From Piedraia hortae CBS 480.64 (taxonomy: Eukaryota): a DNA stretch of 64,000 bases. The position numbers and the translations under genes were made by a program. Below the pieces are notes generated by a model. It searched no databases. It was not told the origin of the DNA and was given only the letters and a program-made list of their open reading frames with translations. Location: NCBI GenBank assembly GCA_010093745.1, contig MU005985.1, positions 124,001-188,000 on the forward strand, given 5' to 3'. Positions 11,601-22,838 of the stretch are shown here, one piece after another; the stretch's first letter is position 1, and every line of letters starts with the position of its first letter.

Positions 11601-14600
11601 AAAAAAAAAAAAAAGGCTTTTCTGATCCTCAGCTGTGGTTCAAGTGGACTGCATTTTCCCCAGCGGCCTTCTCGGCAGTAGGCAGTCCTGAATGCGCATG
11701 CCACTGATCGGTAAGCCAGCGGCTAAGCGGTACATGAGCGGCTGGATCTGGGTTTGATTGCTAATATTTGGCTGAATAATGCCGTTATCTTACCGCTTAG
11801 CCGAAGCCACCCCGATTTAGTGGCCTGCCCTTTTGTTTCAAACGTCTGCTTTACATGACTTCACTAATCCAGCAGCTTCTCGATGAGCGGATGTTGTTCT
11901 GGGTCTGTCCACCAAGCTGCTGGCTACTCACCGTGCTGAATTCCAAAAACTAGCAAACTGCCCTCTCGAGTTAAAAACATACTGTGCAGTTCCATACTCG
12001 AATCCGCGAAAAAAATACTTCCGGCCGGTTTTCCTCGAAAAGGATCAGAAAAGTGGCTGGCGGATAGTCAATCCCTCATTCCCCTCTCGCTTCTCTAATG
12101 AATAGGTAGGACAAAATTCTGGCGGTGCTCATCCCAACCCCCACACCCCCACATGGGGGATTCAAGAAGATTCGTATTCGCGTGGGGATCACTATGCTTT
12201 TTCCCCCTATTCAACCTATAACCCAGTTGGAAAAGATGTATGCGGTGTGAAAGGGATTTAAGTTACACCCTCCCTACGTGGACTAGAAAGCGATTCGATT
12301 ATAACAGTATGGAATGATATAGGGACAGTATTCCTTCGGATTTAGGATGGAGAAGAAGCTCTGCCAAGATGGTGTCTGGGATCCGCGGTCAGGATGGGAA
12401 TTAAATGTTTGAGGGGGGTGAGAACATAAGCTTTCGAGTGGGAATGAATGGGTGGAGGGGGTTTGATGAGGCTGTATGAGGGGATGTAACGATGAGGAGG
12501 TGTGGATGTTGCTGAAGACGAAGGCATTGAGGCTGGGGCCTGGAACGTAGGATAGCTGCTTGAATGGGCATTCAAATGTGGCAATGTTGGCGGTCAAGCG
12601 ATAGGATTTGTACAAGAGCCGGGCTGTTGCGGTGAGATGGTAGCCCGGCTTGCTTCGGTCGGGGTCCCTCAAAGAAGTCAGATGGAAGACTTGAATTGTT
12701 TCTTTGGGGAAGTGATGTGGTGGGACAGGAGCAGCAGTCATGTGTTTAGATGGGTGTCTATGGCGGAAGAGTATACAATGATCATTACGTGGCTGCCTGT
12801 GTCCGATATGTGGAGCAGAGAAGAAGAATACGATCTGGCTGACCGTACCTTTCTCAACAATTTCGTCAACGACGTAGATGCATTTTACCGCCACTACGAC
12901 GAAGAGGTTGATGACCAATTTCTGGTGAGCACCCAGAGGACTGCGGGATATGCTCTCTGATGAAAGTGATATTGACATTGATCAAGTGGCCAGCCTCACT
13001 CCGCGCGTATGATAAGTTTCTCATAATGGGTATGATGGGCGTTTCGGTGGTCAATAACTGCGTGCTAGTCCTACAGTTTATACGAATGCATGGAGGCCCC
13101 AACCGTGGTTTGGGGAAGAGGTCGATCCAGTCCTGCGGCTTCCTACGTGCCCTCGTTCATCTGTTGTAGACAAAGCAGCAGAGCCGCCACCGTCGTCGGG
13201 GAATCAAGGCCACACAGCAAGAATGCGATAATTGGCATCCAGTGGCTTCAACTAACAGGTGGTCCAGACATGTTCTCGCAACTACCCGCCACCGTACGGT
13301 CCATAATACTTCAATAGAAGCCAGCGGACTGGCGGGTACCCAGATATTACTGCCAGCATTTGTACAATCCAATGGAGAGAAAACTTGTCACTGATGAGAC
13401 ACATAGATGAAAGAATTGATGCCGAGCGTCATGGCCGATCAATGTAGTTCTGTCTCACTTTCGCATTTAACACAGTGGGAGCGGTTCTGATGATGATCAA
13501 TGACGCCCGTTGGCAAGAGCGTTGTGCCATTTCCTTCATCAGTTTCGTTGTCAACGACCGTCTTGACAAGGCCATTACTCGGTTCGAGGTAAAGACAAGA
13601 TGAGCCCAATGCAACCCGCTGACGACTTGCGAAGGATTCGTTACCATCATATGGCTGGGATCTTATGACCGGTCCCCGGACAATTGGTACAGAGATGATG
13701 TTATAATTGATTACAGATGTATTATTTGCTTGTCCTGTTTTTCACTAACTGGTTACTGCTGATTGCTGTTAAATTAAAGGTTAGTTGTTTCAATGGATTC
13801 GCACAAGAGTGAGAATAAAATGAGTTGCAGGCTACGAAGAATTTTGGACAATGCATACCCATGGCAAGCCATTACTGGACGAAATTATCTACTAATACGC
13901 AGTATATCATGCAGTTGGACTGGTAGCTGCAGTTGGATGAGTGACTGCAGTTGGATCCTTTGATCAGATGCATTACATTACTGGGATAAACCTCAGCGTC
14001 AACTTGAAGAATTAGACAGTGTCGGCGTTCGGTGAACCGCCATCGGCCGAGTTATCGGGGTCGGGCAATACTGTACCGCAATACAGGCCAACCGTCGTGC
14101 ATGACTAGCTCAGCCTTCTTTTGCACAAGACATGGTTTATGACATAGTGGCAAACCAATTCAATCGCAACACCGTCAGCCTTCTCTTAGATACCCTGCAT
14201 AGTGTTTGGGTTAGCCCTCCCGTTTGCGATGGTGCGCACCAAACGAATTTGCAGGGCCATTGTGTGCTGGAAAAAAAGCCTCCGCAAACGGTTCGTATAT
14301 TGCAGCGCATGGCAATCCATGGCTGTAGGAGGCGCAGCAACGGTTAGGCAGCAACATGCTCATATGCTCACAGCCATTACGCGTCAAGGACGAATAAGAT
14401 ACGAGGGTGGCAAGGCTTCGGTCCAAGCGAAACGAGTCAATTCAGCTGCTCTGTACGTTAATATAGGGGATTTATGACCTACCGTTGGGCTCTAGCTGAA
14501 ACTCGAACTTGTAGTACGAACTATTCGCCCGGCTTTGCGGACGTGGCCGACCGTGAAACGGCTGTAGCCCGCCTGATGTGACCAGGTCTAAGCGAAAGAC

Positions 14601-14844
14601 TCGTCCTGATAGGCTGGAAAGAATGGAATAAACAGCCAATCGCTTCATCGACCGTTAATTCGAACATCCTTCATGCACGAAGGCGTGGGCTGAGGCGTTA
14701 TACCGATGCAACGATTGCAAGGGAGGCGATCCTTCGGGCGCTTCTTCCAAACGACGTGCCGAGTCCGAGGGTGGGCGGCGTAGCGACGGCCTGTTATGTG
14801 TGAATGGTCGTGTCCCAGAGGGCGTGGTATCGATTCTACTCCTC

Positions 14845-15414
14845 ATGTACCGTCCAGGTATCCCGAGCCCGGCAACGAGGGAGCTGCCGATGCCCAACAT
14901 ATCGACCATCACCTCGTTAAACCAAGCACATGCCACATTACTACACTGCTGGAACCAGCTCGCCCGCTTCGTGCGCGAGTGCGTGGCTGGCCCACTGCCA
15001 CCGCCGGCTGTCACTGCCCTGGAGGAGAGGAGACAGCACTTTTCGGCCTGGCTGAATCAGTGGGAGAATGCATTTAAACAGTTCTTGTGCATCACTCGCG
15101 CCAGCATGGACTCGGAACAATTGACGCTGTCACGAGTGCTCAAGGCGAACCATCTATGCTGCTACATCATGACGTCAATTGCTGGACGACCACCGACTGT
15201 GGCTGATACGTTTGAGGCCGAATTCCGCGCCATTGTCGACCTTTGCGGCGCCGTTTTCTACGCAAGGAGCCTATCACCTCGCCCCCCACCGGCGGTCGAG
15301 CCAATCGCGGCGGGTCTCGACGTTCAAAGCCCGTTGCACGTTGTCGCTGCCCAGTGCCGAAACACCGACATCAGCAACCGAGCGCGCGAGATGATTTTAC
15401 ATCAGTGCCGCTGA
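14845..15414 (+). CDS. C-terminal domain of a fungal Zn2Cys6-type transcription factor with no DNA-binding domain (truncated gene or pseudogene)
   Basis: SLNQAHATLLHCWN..WLNQWENAF..LKANHL..FEAEFRAIVDL..GLDVQSPLHVVAAQCRNTDISNRA resembles the C-termini of fungal-specific TFs. The upstream frame closes at TAA 14656 with no CxxC6 cluster. Confidence 0.55.
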   Translation: MYRPGIPSPATRELPMPNISTITSLNQAHATLLHCWNQLARFVRECVAGPLPPPAVTALEERRQHFSAWLNQWENAFKQFLCITRASMDSEQLTLSRVLKANHLCCYIMTSIAGRPPTVADTFEAEFRAIVDLCGAVFYARSLSPRPPPAVEPIAAGLDVQSPLHVVAAQCRNTDISNRAREMILHQCR

Positions 15415-15776
15415 GCGGTCCGCTGCAAATTTCACTGTTTATGGAGTACTTTTTGTCAAGACTGTTGTATTGTATCTTATACCCCGGTGCACCTAACCTA
15501 AGCCACATGCTACCCCGCCACCCCACCTACACAAACCATGGCAGCAAGGACGGACTGCGATTGGCCCATTCCAACTGCGGGGTGTGCGACTCTCTATCGC
15601 CATTTGACGATTTAGACGGCCAGCCCCCTCATTTTGCATTCCCATTAGTGTCGCCCATCCCTGAATAGAGAGCCATGTGTCGACGCCGTTTCCCATTTCA
15701 TCTACGGACATCAGATCTGTAACCCCGCACCTGCTGTCACATCACATTACAACATCACGTCATCACAGCACGAATT

Positions 15777-17246
15777 ATGGCGCCGTCGCATTCGAGTGTC
15801 CAGGCGTCGCTGGACGATTTCGAAGCGCGCGAACTGTCGCCAATCTTTCCCGACAGTGAAATGAGCTCGCGACGGTCACACAGCCCGCCGGCATGGCGCA
15901 AGACCGGCGTACCCTGGTTTGCGCCGCACGATGCGCTACAAGATAACAACGACGATAACGAGGAAGAAGAAGACGAGGATAACGACATCACAGCGCTGCA
16001 GTTTGCGAGACGGTTGCCGCTGCCAAGATCGCCAAGCAAGGGACGAACTCCAGAGCCGCCGGCAAAAGAGCCTGACCCGTCAAACTGTAAGTCGGCTGCG
16101 CATCGGCGACGGCAGGGCTGACGAGCAGATTTCCGATTCTCTACACGATTAGATGTGGTGCACAAGACACAACCAGTTGAGGACGCAATGGCGGCGCTGC
16201 GGAGGCTGGCAGCGCGTGGGCCGCGGTCACGATGGCACGCGCTGGGCTATGTCATGGTCGCCTGCTTAGCTTGGATGCTGCTGGTCGGTGTCGCATCGGT
16301 GCCGGGGAACGGCGGCGTGCCGGATCTAGTCAAGGTGGCCGGCCTCGCAAAGTCGCTGGAGCCAGCCATATACTACTCGGAGCGCGGACACGCGCAGATC
16401 GGGGAGCTTCAGGAAACAGGCGTGGCCGTATGGGATCTTGGCGAGAGCGTGCGCAGCACCAACATGTCGTCGGCCCCGATCATCGTGCGCCAGCTGGACG
16501 GGTTAAGCGACAGCATCAAGACGCTGGCAATTGAGCTAACCCGCTTCTTTGCCGGCGTTGACGGGGACATTGACAACGTCCTGCTGACCATGGAGTGGGC
16601 GCAGCGCGAATTGGCTGGGTTGGATGACAGCGCGCCGGGGACGCTGGGCGCGGTGTGGACGGGTACGCAGAACGCGCTGGCGCTGGTCGGCGCGCGATCG
16701 GTTATTGGTCTATCACGACAGCAGAAGACGCGGGAGACGCTGGAGCGGGTGTTTACCGAGTACTTGGGCGTACTGGAGGAAAGCATCAACAACGAGCTCG
16801 CACACAGCATGCAACTATTCCAGCTGTTTGAAGCCATTGACATGCAGTTCCTCAACCTGCAGCGCAGCGTGATCCGCGAACAGGATACGCAAGAAAAGCT
16901 GGAGAACGACTTCTTGTCGTCGCTGTGGACGCGCGTCATCGGCGCGAGCGCATCGCAGCTGCGCAAATACGCAAAGAACCGCGACCTGTTGGCGTCGGTG
17001 CGCGAGCGGACGGTACGCAACAAACACGTCCTCGTCGACCACAACCAGCGGCTGCGCCAGCTGCAAAGCAATCTGGAGACGCTGCGGCGGAAGTTGGTTT
17101 CGCCTCAAGTGCGGCGCGGCCAGTCGACGACGCCGACAATCGAGGACCAGATGCGGGGCTTGCAGAGCACATATGACCAGCTGAAGACAAGCCGCGAAGT
17201 GCAGCGGCGGCGCGTTCTGGAGCAGGTCTACGGGAGGCTGGAGTAG
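15777..17246 (+). CDS. Conserved-looking hypothetical single-TM coiled-coil protein, 2 exons (15777-16086, 16129-17246; 475 aa)
   Basis: Intron 16087-16128 (GTAAGT..GCTGAC..CAG) joins two ORFs. One hydrophobic helix is followed by long heptad-rich helices. Confidence 0.75.
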
Positions 17247-17503
17247 GTTATCTACCTAACAACAGAAAGCCAGAAGCGCTGCTGTTCAACTTTCCCTGTG
17301 CCGGTGCGACCCAGGTGGCTGGTAAGCTTCAGGGTAGGCGAGTGGCTGAGTCTCCTAAAACGGGCTAGCGCAGCTGTCTCCTTCCCTGGTCCGTCTTCCG
17401 AAAGCGGCTAGTCGGTCGCAAACCTGCTGACGGGGCACATCCCTCAGCCTTCTGCGGCCCTCTACCGACTTTCACGGCTCCCTCCTTCCTGCGCCTAGTC
17501 AAC

Positions 17504-18709
17504 ATGTCGCGCGCTGACGATCGCACGCCGCTCCTGGGCTCTGATGGCCGCGATGAATCTGTCATCCAACGCTTGCTGCGTCTCACGTGGGCGACGCTGA
17601 GCAGCAACTACGTCAACGTGCTGCTCGTCTTTGTGCCGATTGGCATCGTGCTGGGTGCGCTGGACATGAACCCGACGGCCGTGTTCATAGCCAACTTCAT
17701 GGCGATCGTGCCGCTGGCTGCGCTGTTGAGCTTCGCGACCGAGGAGCTGAGCGCGAAGCTGGGGCAGACGATCGGTGGCTTGATGAACGCTACGTTTGGC
17801 AATGCTGTCGAGCTGATTGTGTCGATTGTGGCGCTGACCAAAGGCGAGATCCGCATTGTGCAGTCGAGCATGCTGGGCTCCATCCTGTCCAACATCTTGC
17901 TGGTGCTTGGCTGCTGTTTCATTGCGTCTGGACTGAAACGACGCGAGAGCAGGTTTAACGAGACGGTTGCATCGACCATGTCGTCGCTGATGGCCGTAGC
18001 TGCCACGTCGCTCATCATCCCGGCTACGCTGTATGCCTCTGTGTCCGGCAAGGCGGCTGAGAGCAATACATTGATCCTGTCGCGCGGCACGGCCATCATC
18101 ATGCTGATCCTGTACATTCTGTATCTTTACTTCCAGCTGAGGACCCACGCCGACCTCTTTGACGGCGAGACTGGGGCAGTCGATGACGAAGAGGAGCAGG
18201 AGGAAGGGCCGCAAGTTCTTGGCCCCGTTGCTGCCAGCATCTGCCTTGTCATTGTGACGCTGCTGGTGGCTGTGTGCGCCGAGTATCTGGTCGGCAGCAT
18301 CGACGACATTGTGTCTTCGACGGGCGTCAGCAAGACATTCATCGGCCTTGTGCTGCTGCCAATTGTCGGTAACGCAGCCGAACACGTCACGGCCTGCGTG
18401 GTGGCGTACAAGAACAAGATGGACCTTGCCGTCGGCGTCGCAATTGGTTCTTCGATGCAGATTGCCCTGTTTGTCACTCCTTTCCTCGTCATCCTGGGCT
18501 GGATCATTGGTCAGCCAATGACGCTGCACTTCCAGGGCTTTGAGACGGTTGTCTTTTTCTTGTCCGTCCTCGTCGTCAACTACCTTATCCAGGACGGCAA
18601 GTCCAATTACCTCGAGGGCTGCATGTGTCTGGGCACCTACATCATCATTGCCATTGCCTTTTACGTCTACCCCGATGATTCGGGCAAAGATCTTACGGGG
18701 AAGCCGTAG
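17504..18709 (+). CDS. VCX1: Vacuolar Ca2+/H+ exchanger
   Basis: CAX signatures ATFGNAVE and PIVGNAAEH, acidic central loop, ~11 TM segments. Confidence 0.95.
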   Translation: MSRADDRTPLLGSDGRDESVIQRLLRLTWATLSSNYVNVLLVFVPIGIVLGALDMNPTAVFIANFMAIVPLAALLSFATEELSAKLGQTIGGLMNATFGNAVELIVSIVALTKGEIRIVQSSMLGSILSNILLVLGCCFIASGLKRRESRFNETVASTMSSLMAVAATSLIIPATLYASVSGKAAESNTLILSRGTAIIMLILYILYLYFQLRTHADLFDGETGAVDDEEEQEEGPQVLGPVAASICLVIVTLLVAVCAEYLVGSIDDIVSSTGVSKTFIGLVLLPIVGNAAEHVTACVVAYKNKMDLAVGVAIGSSMQIALFVTPFLVILGWIIGQPMTLHFQGFETVVFFLSVLVVNYLIQDGKSNYLEGCMCLGTYIIIAIAFYVYPDDSGKDLTGKP

Positions 18710-18721
18710 ACGCTCTGTATC

Positions 18722-19381
18722 TTATCTGTACCGTTCAAACACCTGATTTACATCCATTCCTTCTCTAACTCCCTGCAGACACTTGTCATCTGCCTCTTTG
18801 ATGCCTGGCAGCAACTTAACCACCTCTTGTAATTTATCCTGAGGAATCACAACGCAGCCTCGGTCAGCTTCATCCAAGCAAATGACATCTCCGTTGCTGA
18901 CCTTCACCCCTCCAATGGTAAGTGAATCCCCAACCCTCCACGCCTTCAGCTCCATACCGGCTCCCACCGTGCTCGTTCCCCGCGAGAACACGGGCGCCGT
19001 TAGGGACGTTAGAGCAGAGACATCTCTCACCCGTCCATTGGCAACTATGCCTTTGATGCCTCTCTTGCACAGCCGTGTAGCGAGAATGTCACCGCACAGT
19101 GCACTGGACACTCCATCTCTATCAGCAGAAAGGACGGCTACACTCCCTTCATCTGGGAGATCAGTCCAGTGCGATCCCGCTGGGATGTTGGACGCCTCTG
19201 ACTGGGGAACGTTCTTAGAGACAAACTGCACCGTGCTCACGCGTGCGTAGATCACGTTATTGGTGGGCCCAAGGGGGACGATGTCTGCCAAAAAGCCGCT
19301 GTTGGGCACGGACAGCTTCAGCAACGCGTCAGAAATATCGCATGCGCTGTACGGCTTCAGAGACGAGATGAGATCAGACAT
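18722..19381 (-). CDS. RraA-like / 4-hydroxy-4-methyl-2-oxoglutarate aldolase family protein
   Basis: SACDISDALLKL, ALCGDILATR..RGIKGIVANGRVRDV, PVFSRG, GDVICLDE..GCVVIP. ATG at 19381. Confidence 0.85.
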   Translation of the reverse strand: MSDLISSLKPYSACDISDALLKLSVPNSGFLADIVPLGPTNNVIYARVSTVQFVSKNVPQSEASNIPAGSHWTDLPDEGSVAVLSADRDGVSSALCGDILATRLCKRGIKGIVANGRVRDVSALTSLTAPVFSRGTSTVGAGMELKAWRVGDSLTIGGVKVSNGDVICLDEADRGCVVIPQDKLQEVVKLLPGIKEADDKCLQGVREGMDVNQVFERYR

Positions 19382-19859
19382 TGTGACGAGAGATTCCCGA
19401 CTCTGCCCTTTGCAAAAGGTTGATTCCTGGTAGGGGGTCCACCAACCCCACAGACTCTGGTCTGGCATACATGTGCCGTCAAACCTGGGGAAATGCCTCG
19501 GGATAAAAGCCTTCGATCAAAGATGATCGACCACATGAGCTGCTATTAACTTTCAAATGTTAGAGTTACTGTCAAAAGACCCCTCTATAGGGGTAAATGT
19601 CCCTCCATCCACTCACGTGTCTGTCGAATCCGGCGACAGTCTGGCCCTCACCGTCTTCCCCATCGCGGCAATGGGCCACAAGTCAATATACCTCTATCGT
19701 CATCACCATGTGCAGAGCCCTTCATCGGACGAAGACGATTCATTCAGGGGAATGATGTCTTCTATTTGATCCCTCTGTGCAGCCTCGTTTTCGCCATCGC
19801 TGTCTGTCCATCCTTCATCCACAAAAACTTGCCGTTCATCTCTCAAAGACTTCATCACA

Positions 19860-20273
19860 ATGCAGATCCTAGCCGTCTTCACTACCTTGGCGATGCTTGC
19901 CACCATGGTCGTTGGCAAGTCGTTTGAACTGTGGATCACCCGCTTCGGCCAGGCGGACTGCGCCGGTTCCTCGCTGTGGAAGCGTGCTGTCATCAAGGAG
20001 AACGGCTGCTACAACTTCAAGCACGGCCAGCCCTTTACCTCTTTCCTCGCAAACATCAAGGACAAGACTGATATCGGTGACAACTGCCATGTCATCGTCT
20101 ACGAGAGCAAGCAGTGCAAGGGTGGTTCGTGGCACTCTGGAAGTAAGTTGGATTGGCCTCGTGATGGTCTTGTGCTGACCTTTTGAACAGACGTGGGCGC
20201 CGGTGCGTACTGCGGAAACCCGAAGAAGGAGGCAAACATTGCTGGTCAGTCTGTGCGGGTGGAGTGTGACTAG
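19860..20273 (+). CDS. Small secreted 6-Cys protein, array member A (exons 19860-20142, 20191-20273; 121 aa)
   Basis: Signal peptide MQILAVFTTLAMLATMVVG. Intron 20143-20190 (GTAAGT..GCTGAC..CAG). Exon 2 reads NVGAGAYCGNPKKEANIAGQSVRVECD*. Confidence 0.85.
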
Positions 20274-20648
20274 ATCTGAGCAACCATGAGGAAACGTGGT
20301 AATGCCATTACCGTAATGGATAAGCTTGTAGTACTTGAAAGTAATTGTGTTGCTGCAGATCCACATGGAGAGGCCGTAGAATGTAATTTCACAGTCAATG
20401 CCGTCCACCAAACTGTCAGCCTTCTATCAACTCTTCACGTAAGTCGAATCGCATAGAATCGTCCCCCAACGGGCTACATACCGCGAATTTAACTTGCCGA
20501 ATGAGATCCAGCTGTGAAGTTTATACCACAGTTGACAGAACCCACCAAATTTTGACAGGTCTTGGCGCCATACCACATCTTACATACATCCCCTCAAGAA
20601 AACGTCAACCCAACATCCTTTACAAATGAAATCAACATAACGACACCA

Positions 20649-20984
20649 ATGCACCTCCTCACTCTGACCCTCCTCCTCCTCACCCTCCACGCAATCGCAG
20701 CCAGTGCCGTCGGCTACTGGGTCACAATGTTCGCCGGCAGTCACTGCGAGTGGACGCCCGTGTACCATCGCCCAGCACGAGTTCGTGAGGGCCATTGCTG
20801 GCGATACCAAGCCAGCGACTCGGAACCACCAAGGTTCAACACAATCTTAGTCAACATTATAAACCCGTATGGACGGTTTTACAACGGCGATGGATGTCGA
20901 ATCTTGGTCTTTCAAAAAGACTATTGCGAAGGCATATATTGGAAGTCTCCTGGTACGTCAACCCAATCTTCCCCCTCCTTCTCC

Positions 20985-21015
<31 letters not shown>

Positions 21016-21043
21016 AAAAAAAAAAAAAAAAAANNNNNNNNNN

Positions 21044-21081
<38 letters not shown>

Positions 21082-21377
21082 AACTAATTAATGGTATAGA
21101 ACCCGGCCCAGGTCCCTACTGCGTCAACTTCGCTGCGGAGACAAATTGGAGCGGCCTGTCGCTAGGCGTGGTTTGCTACAATTTCAAGGGAGCACCCCGC
21201 CATGTCCCCAAGAACCAAAGCTATATCTCACCGTGGGAGGAGAAGTGGTGGGATAATTATCCTGTAATTGCGGGTCGCGCACGGCGCATCCAGTATCCCC
21301 ACATGAAGTCGTATATGATTGAAGGAGAGTTTCCCCCGCCTGCGCTCTTGGGGGAGGGGGATGGGAGGGGATTCTGA
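20649..21377 (+). CDS. Small secreted 6-Cys protein, array member B (exons 20649-20952, 21100-21377; 193 aa)
   Basis: Signal peptide MHLLTLTLLLLTLHAIAASA. Intron 20953-21099 (GTACGT..CTAAT..TAG) removes the poly-C/poly-A/N tract. Confidence 0.85.
21034..21043. other. Assembly gap (10 N) inside a poly-A tract in an intron
   Basis: Run of n characters flanked by long A runs. Confidence 1.
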
Positions 21378-22065
21378 CACAGAAAAATTTTCAGGGTTGG
21401 GGGAGTTTTACTTTGTACTATTATGTTTTTTTGGTGGGTGTTGGTGGTGGGGGGTTGGAGGGTGTTTGCTTGCTTGGGGGGAGGTATGGTTGCGTGGGTC
21501 AAGCTGGACCGTGTGACAAGATTGACAGGGTCTGAGGGATTGACAGGCTGTGATGAAAAGTTTCGTTGAAATTGGGGTTGAGGTATCGGTAGGTCGGGAA
21601 GGGATTGACGGAACTTCGAGGAAGGGAACAAATATTTATTGCTTGCTTGTGAAGGTGGAGTGTAATGGGAATCTGTGGTCATGGTTCGAGGTGTAGGCTT
21701 GTAGTTTTGAAAAAAAGTAATTGTTGTTCTTAGACTTGGGCTCTATCGCTGGATTGTAAGTTCACAAAGACGCTCGCCGTGGTGGAAAGTGTCTCCCAGC
21801 CAAGGGTTGTCAGACCTGTCCAAGCAGGTATTCTGGCCAGGCCTCCATCATCTGCCGTAAAGCCAATCTACCATCCTCAAACGGCCCACACAAGGCCAGT
21901 CCAAACAGACCGGTCATTTTCCTGTCATGGCATCATCACAGTACTCTACCACCAACGCGGGACGTCACACCCCCCCCCCCCCCAAAAAAAAAAACCTGAC
22001 AGCTCTTGGCACCAACTTCATCCCAACCAAACCCCCCACCTCCCAACCCAACAATCACAAAATAA

Positions 22066-22838
22066 ATGCACATCCCCATTCCCATCCTCACCCTCTTCCT
22101 CCTCCTCCTCCCCGTGCTCGCAAAAAAGAGCAGTGTACGCCGGTTCGGGTATTGGGTAACCATGTTCGGTGATAACACCTGCGAGGGGACGCCCGTATAC
22201 CGTCGTCCTGCACGAGCTCAAGCCAACGTCTGCTGGCGCTACAAGCCCCATCCCGCTACCAAGGTCAAGAAACGGCAAAAATTCCGCACGATTCTGGCTA
22301 ATACATTGGACCGAGATGATGTAGGCGATGGATGTCGGATTCTGGTGTTTGAACAGGATAAATGTAAAGGACGGTTTTGGAAGTCGCCTGGTGAGTCTAC
22401 ATATCTCTTCACTGGGGCTGATTGCGTCCTTGTGGGGAGGGGAGTGCAAATTACCCATAATTGATCTCCCCTGTGAGGCATCATCCCAGTCCCAGTCCCA
22501 GTCCTAGTCACCCTCCCCCCATCCCCCGTCCCAACACCAGCCTGTATCCCTCCCAGCTAACCAATATCCCAGAACCCGAAACCGGCCCTCTATGCAGTAA
22601 TTTCTTCTCGGAGACAGGCTGGGAGGGCACTTCTCTTGGCATCGTCTGCTTCAACACACACCCACCAGGACAGCATGTTCCACAAAACGAAACCTACATT
22701 TCGCCGTGGGTTGAGAACTGGAGGTCGGATTATTCGGTTATTTCCGGACATCGTCCTCGCGGGGATGGGACGTATATGCTTGAGGGGGAGTTTGATCGTG
22801 CGCAGAAGAATAATATGAGCGAGGGGAGTGGGAGGTAG
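22066..22838 (+). CDS. Small secreted 6-Cys protein, array member C (exons 22066-22390, 22573-22838; 196 aa)
   Basis: Signal peptide MHIPIPILTLFLLLLPVLA. Intron 22391-22572 (GTGAGT..GCTAAC..CAG). Clearly paralogous to B (GYWVTMF, PVY.RPAR, CWRY, GDGCRILVF, WKSP^EP, YISPW, EGEF). Confidence 0.87.

Noticed and set aside
12283..12978. 231-aa minus-strand ORF
   Set aside because: Non-ATG start and His/Pro/Ser composition typical of the reverse of G-rich sequence; no motif.
17495..18529. Long antisense ORFs (344 aa opposite VCX1; also 16409-17071, 45881-46687, 61590-62576)
   Set aside because: Shadow frames of GC-rich, codon-biased real genes, with no recognisable motifs.
20953..21099. Poly-Pro/poly-Lys stretch in the 271-aa ORF 20562-21377
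   Set aside because: It is translated intron (poly-C/poly-A plus assembly gap). Splicing removes it and restores alignment with paralog C.
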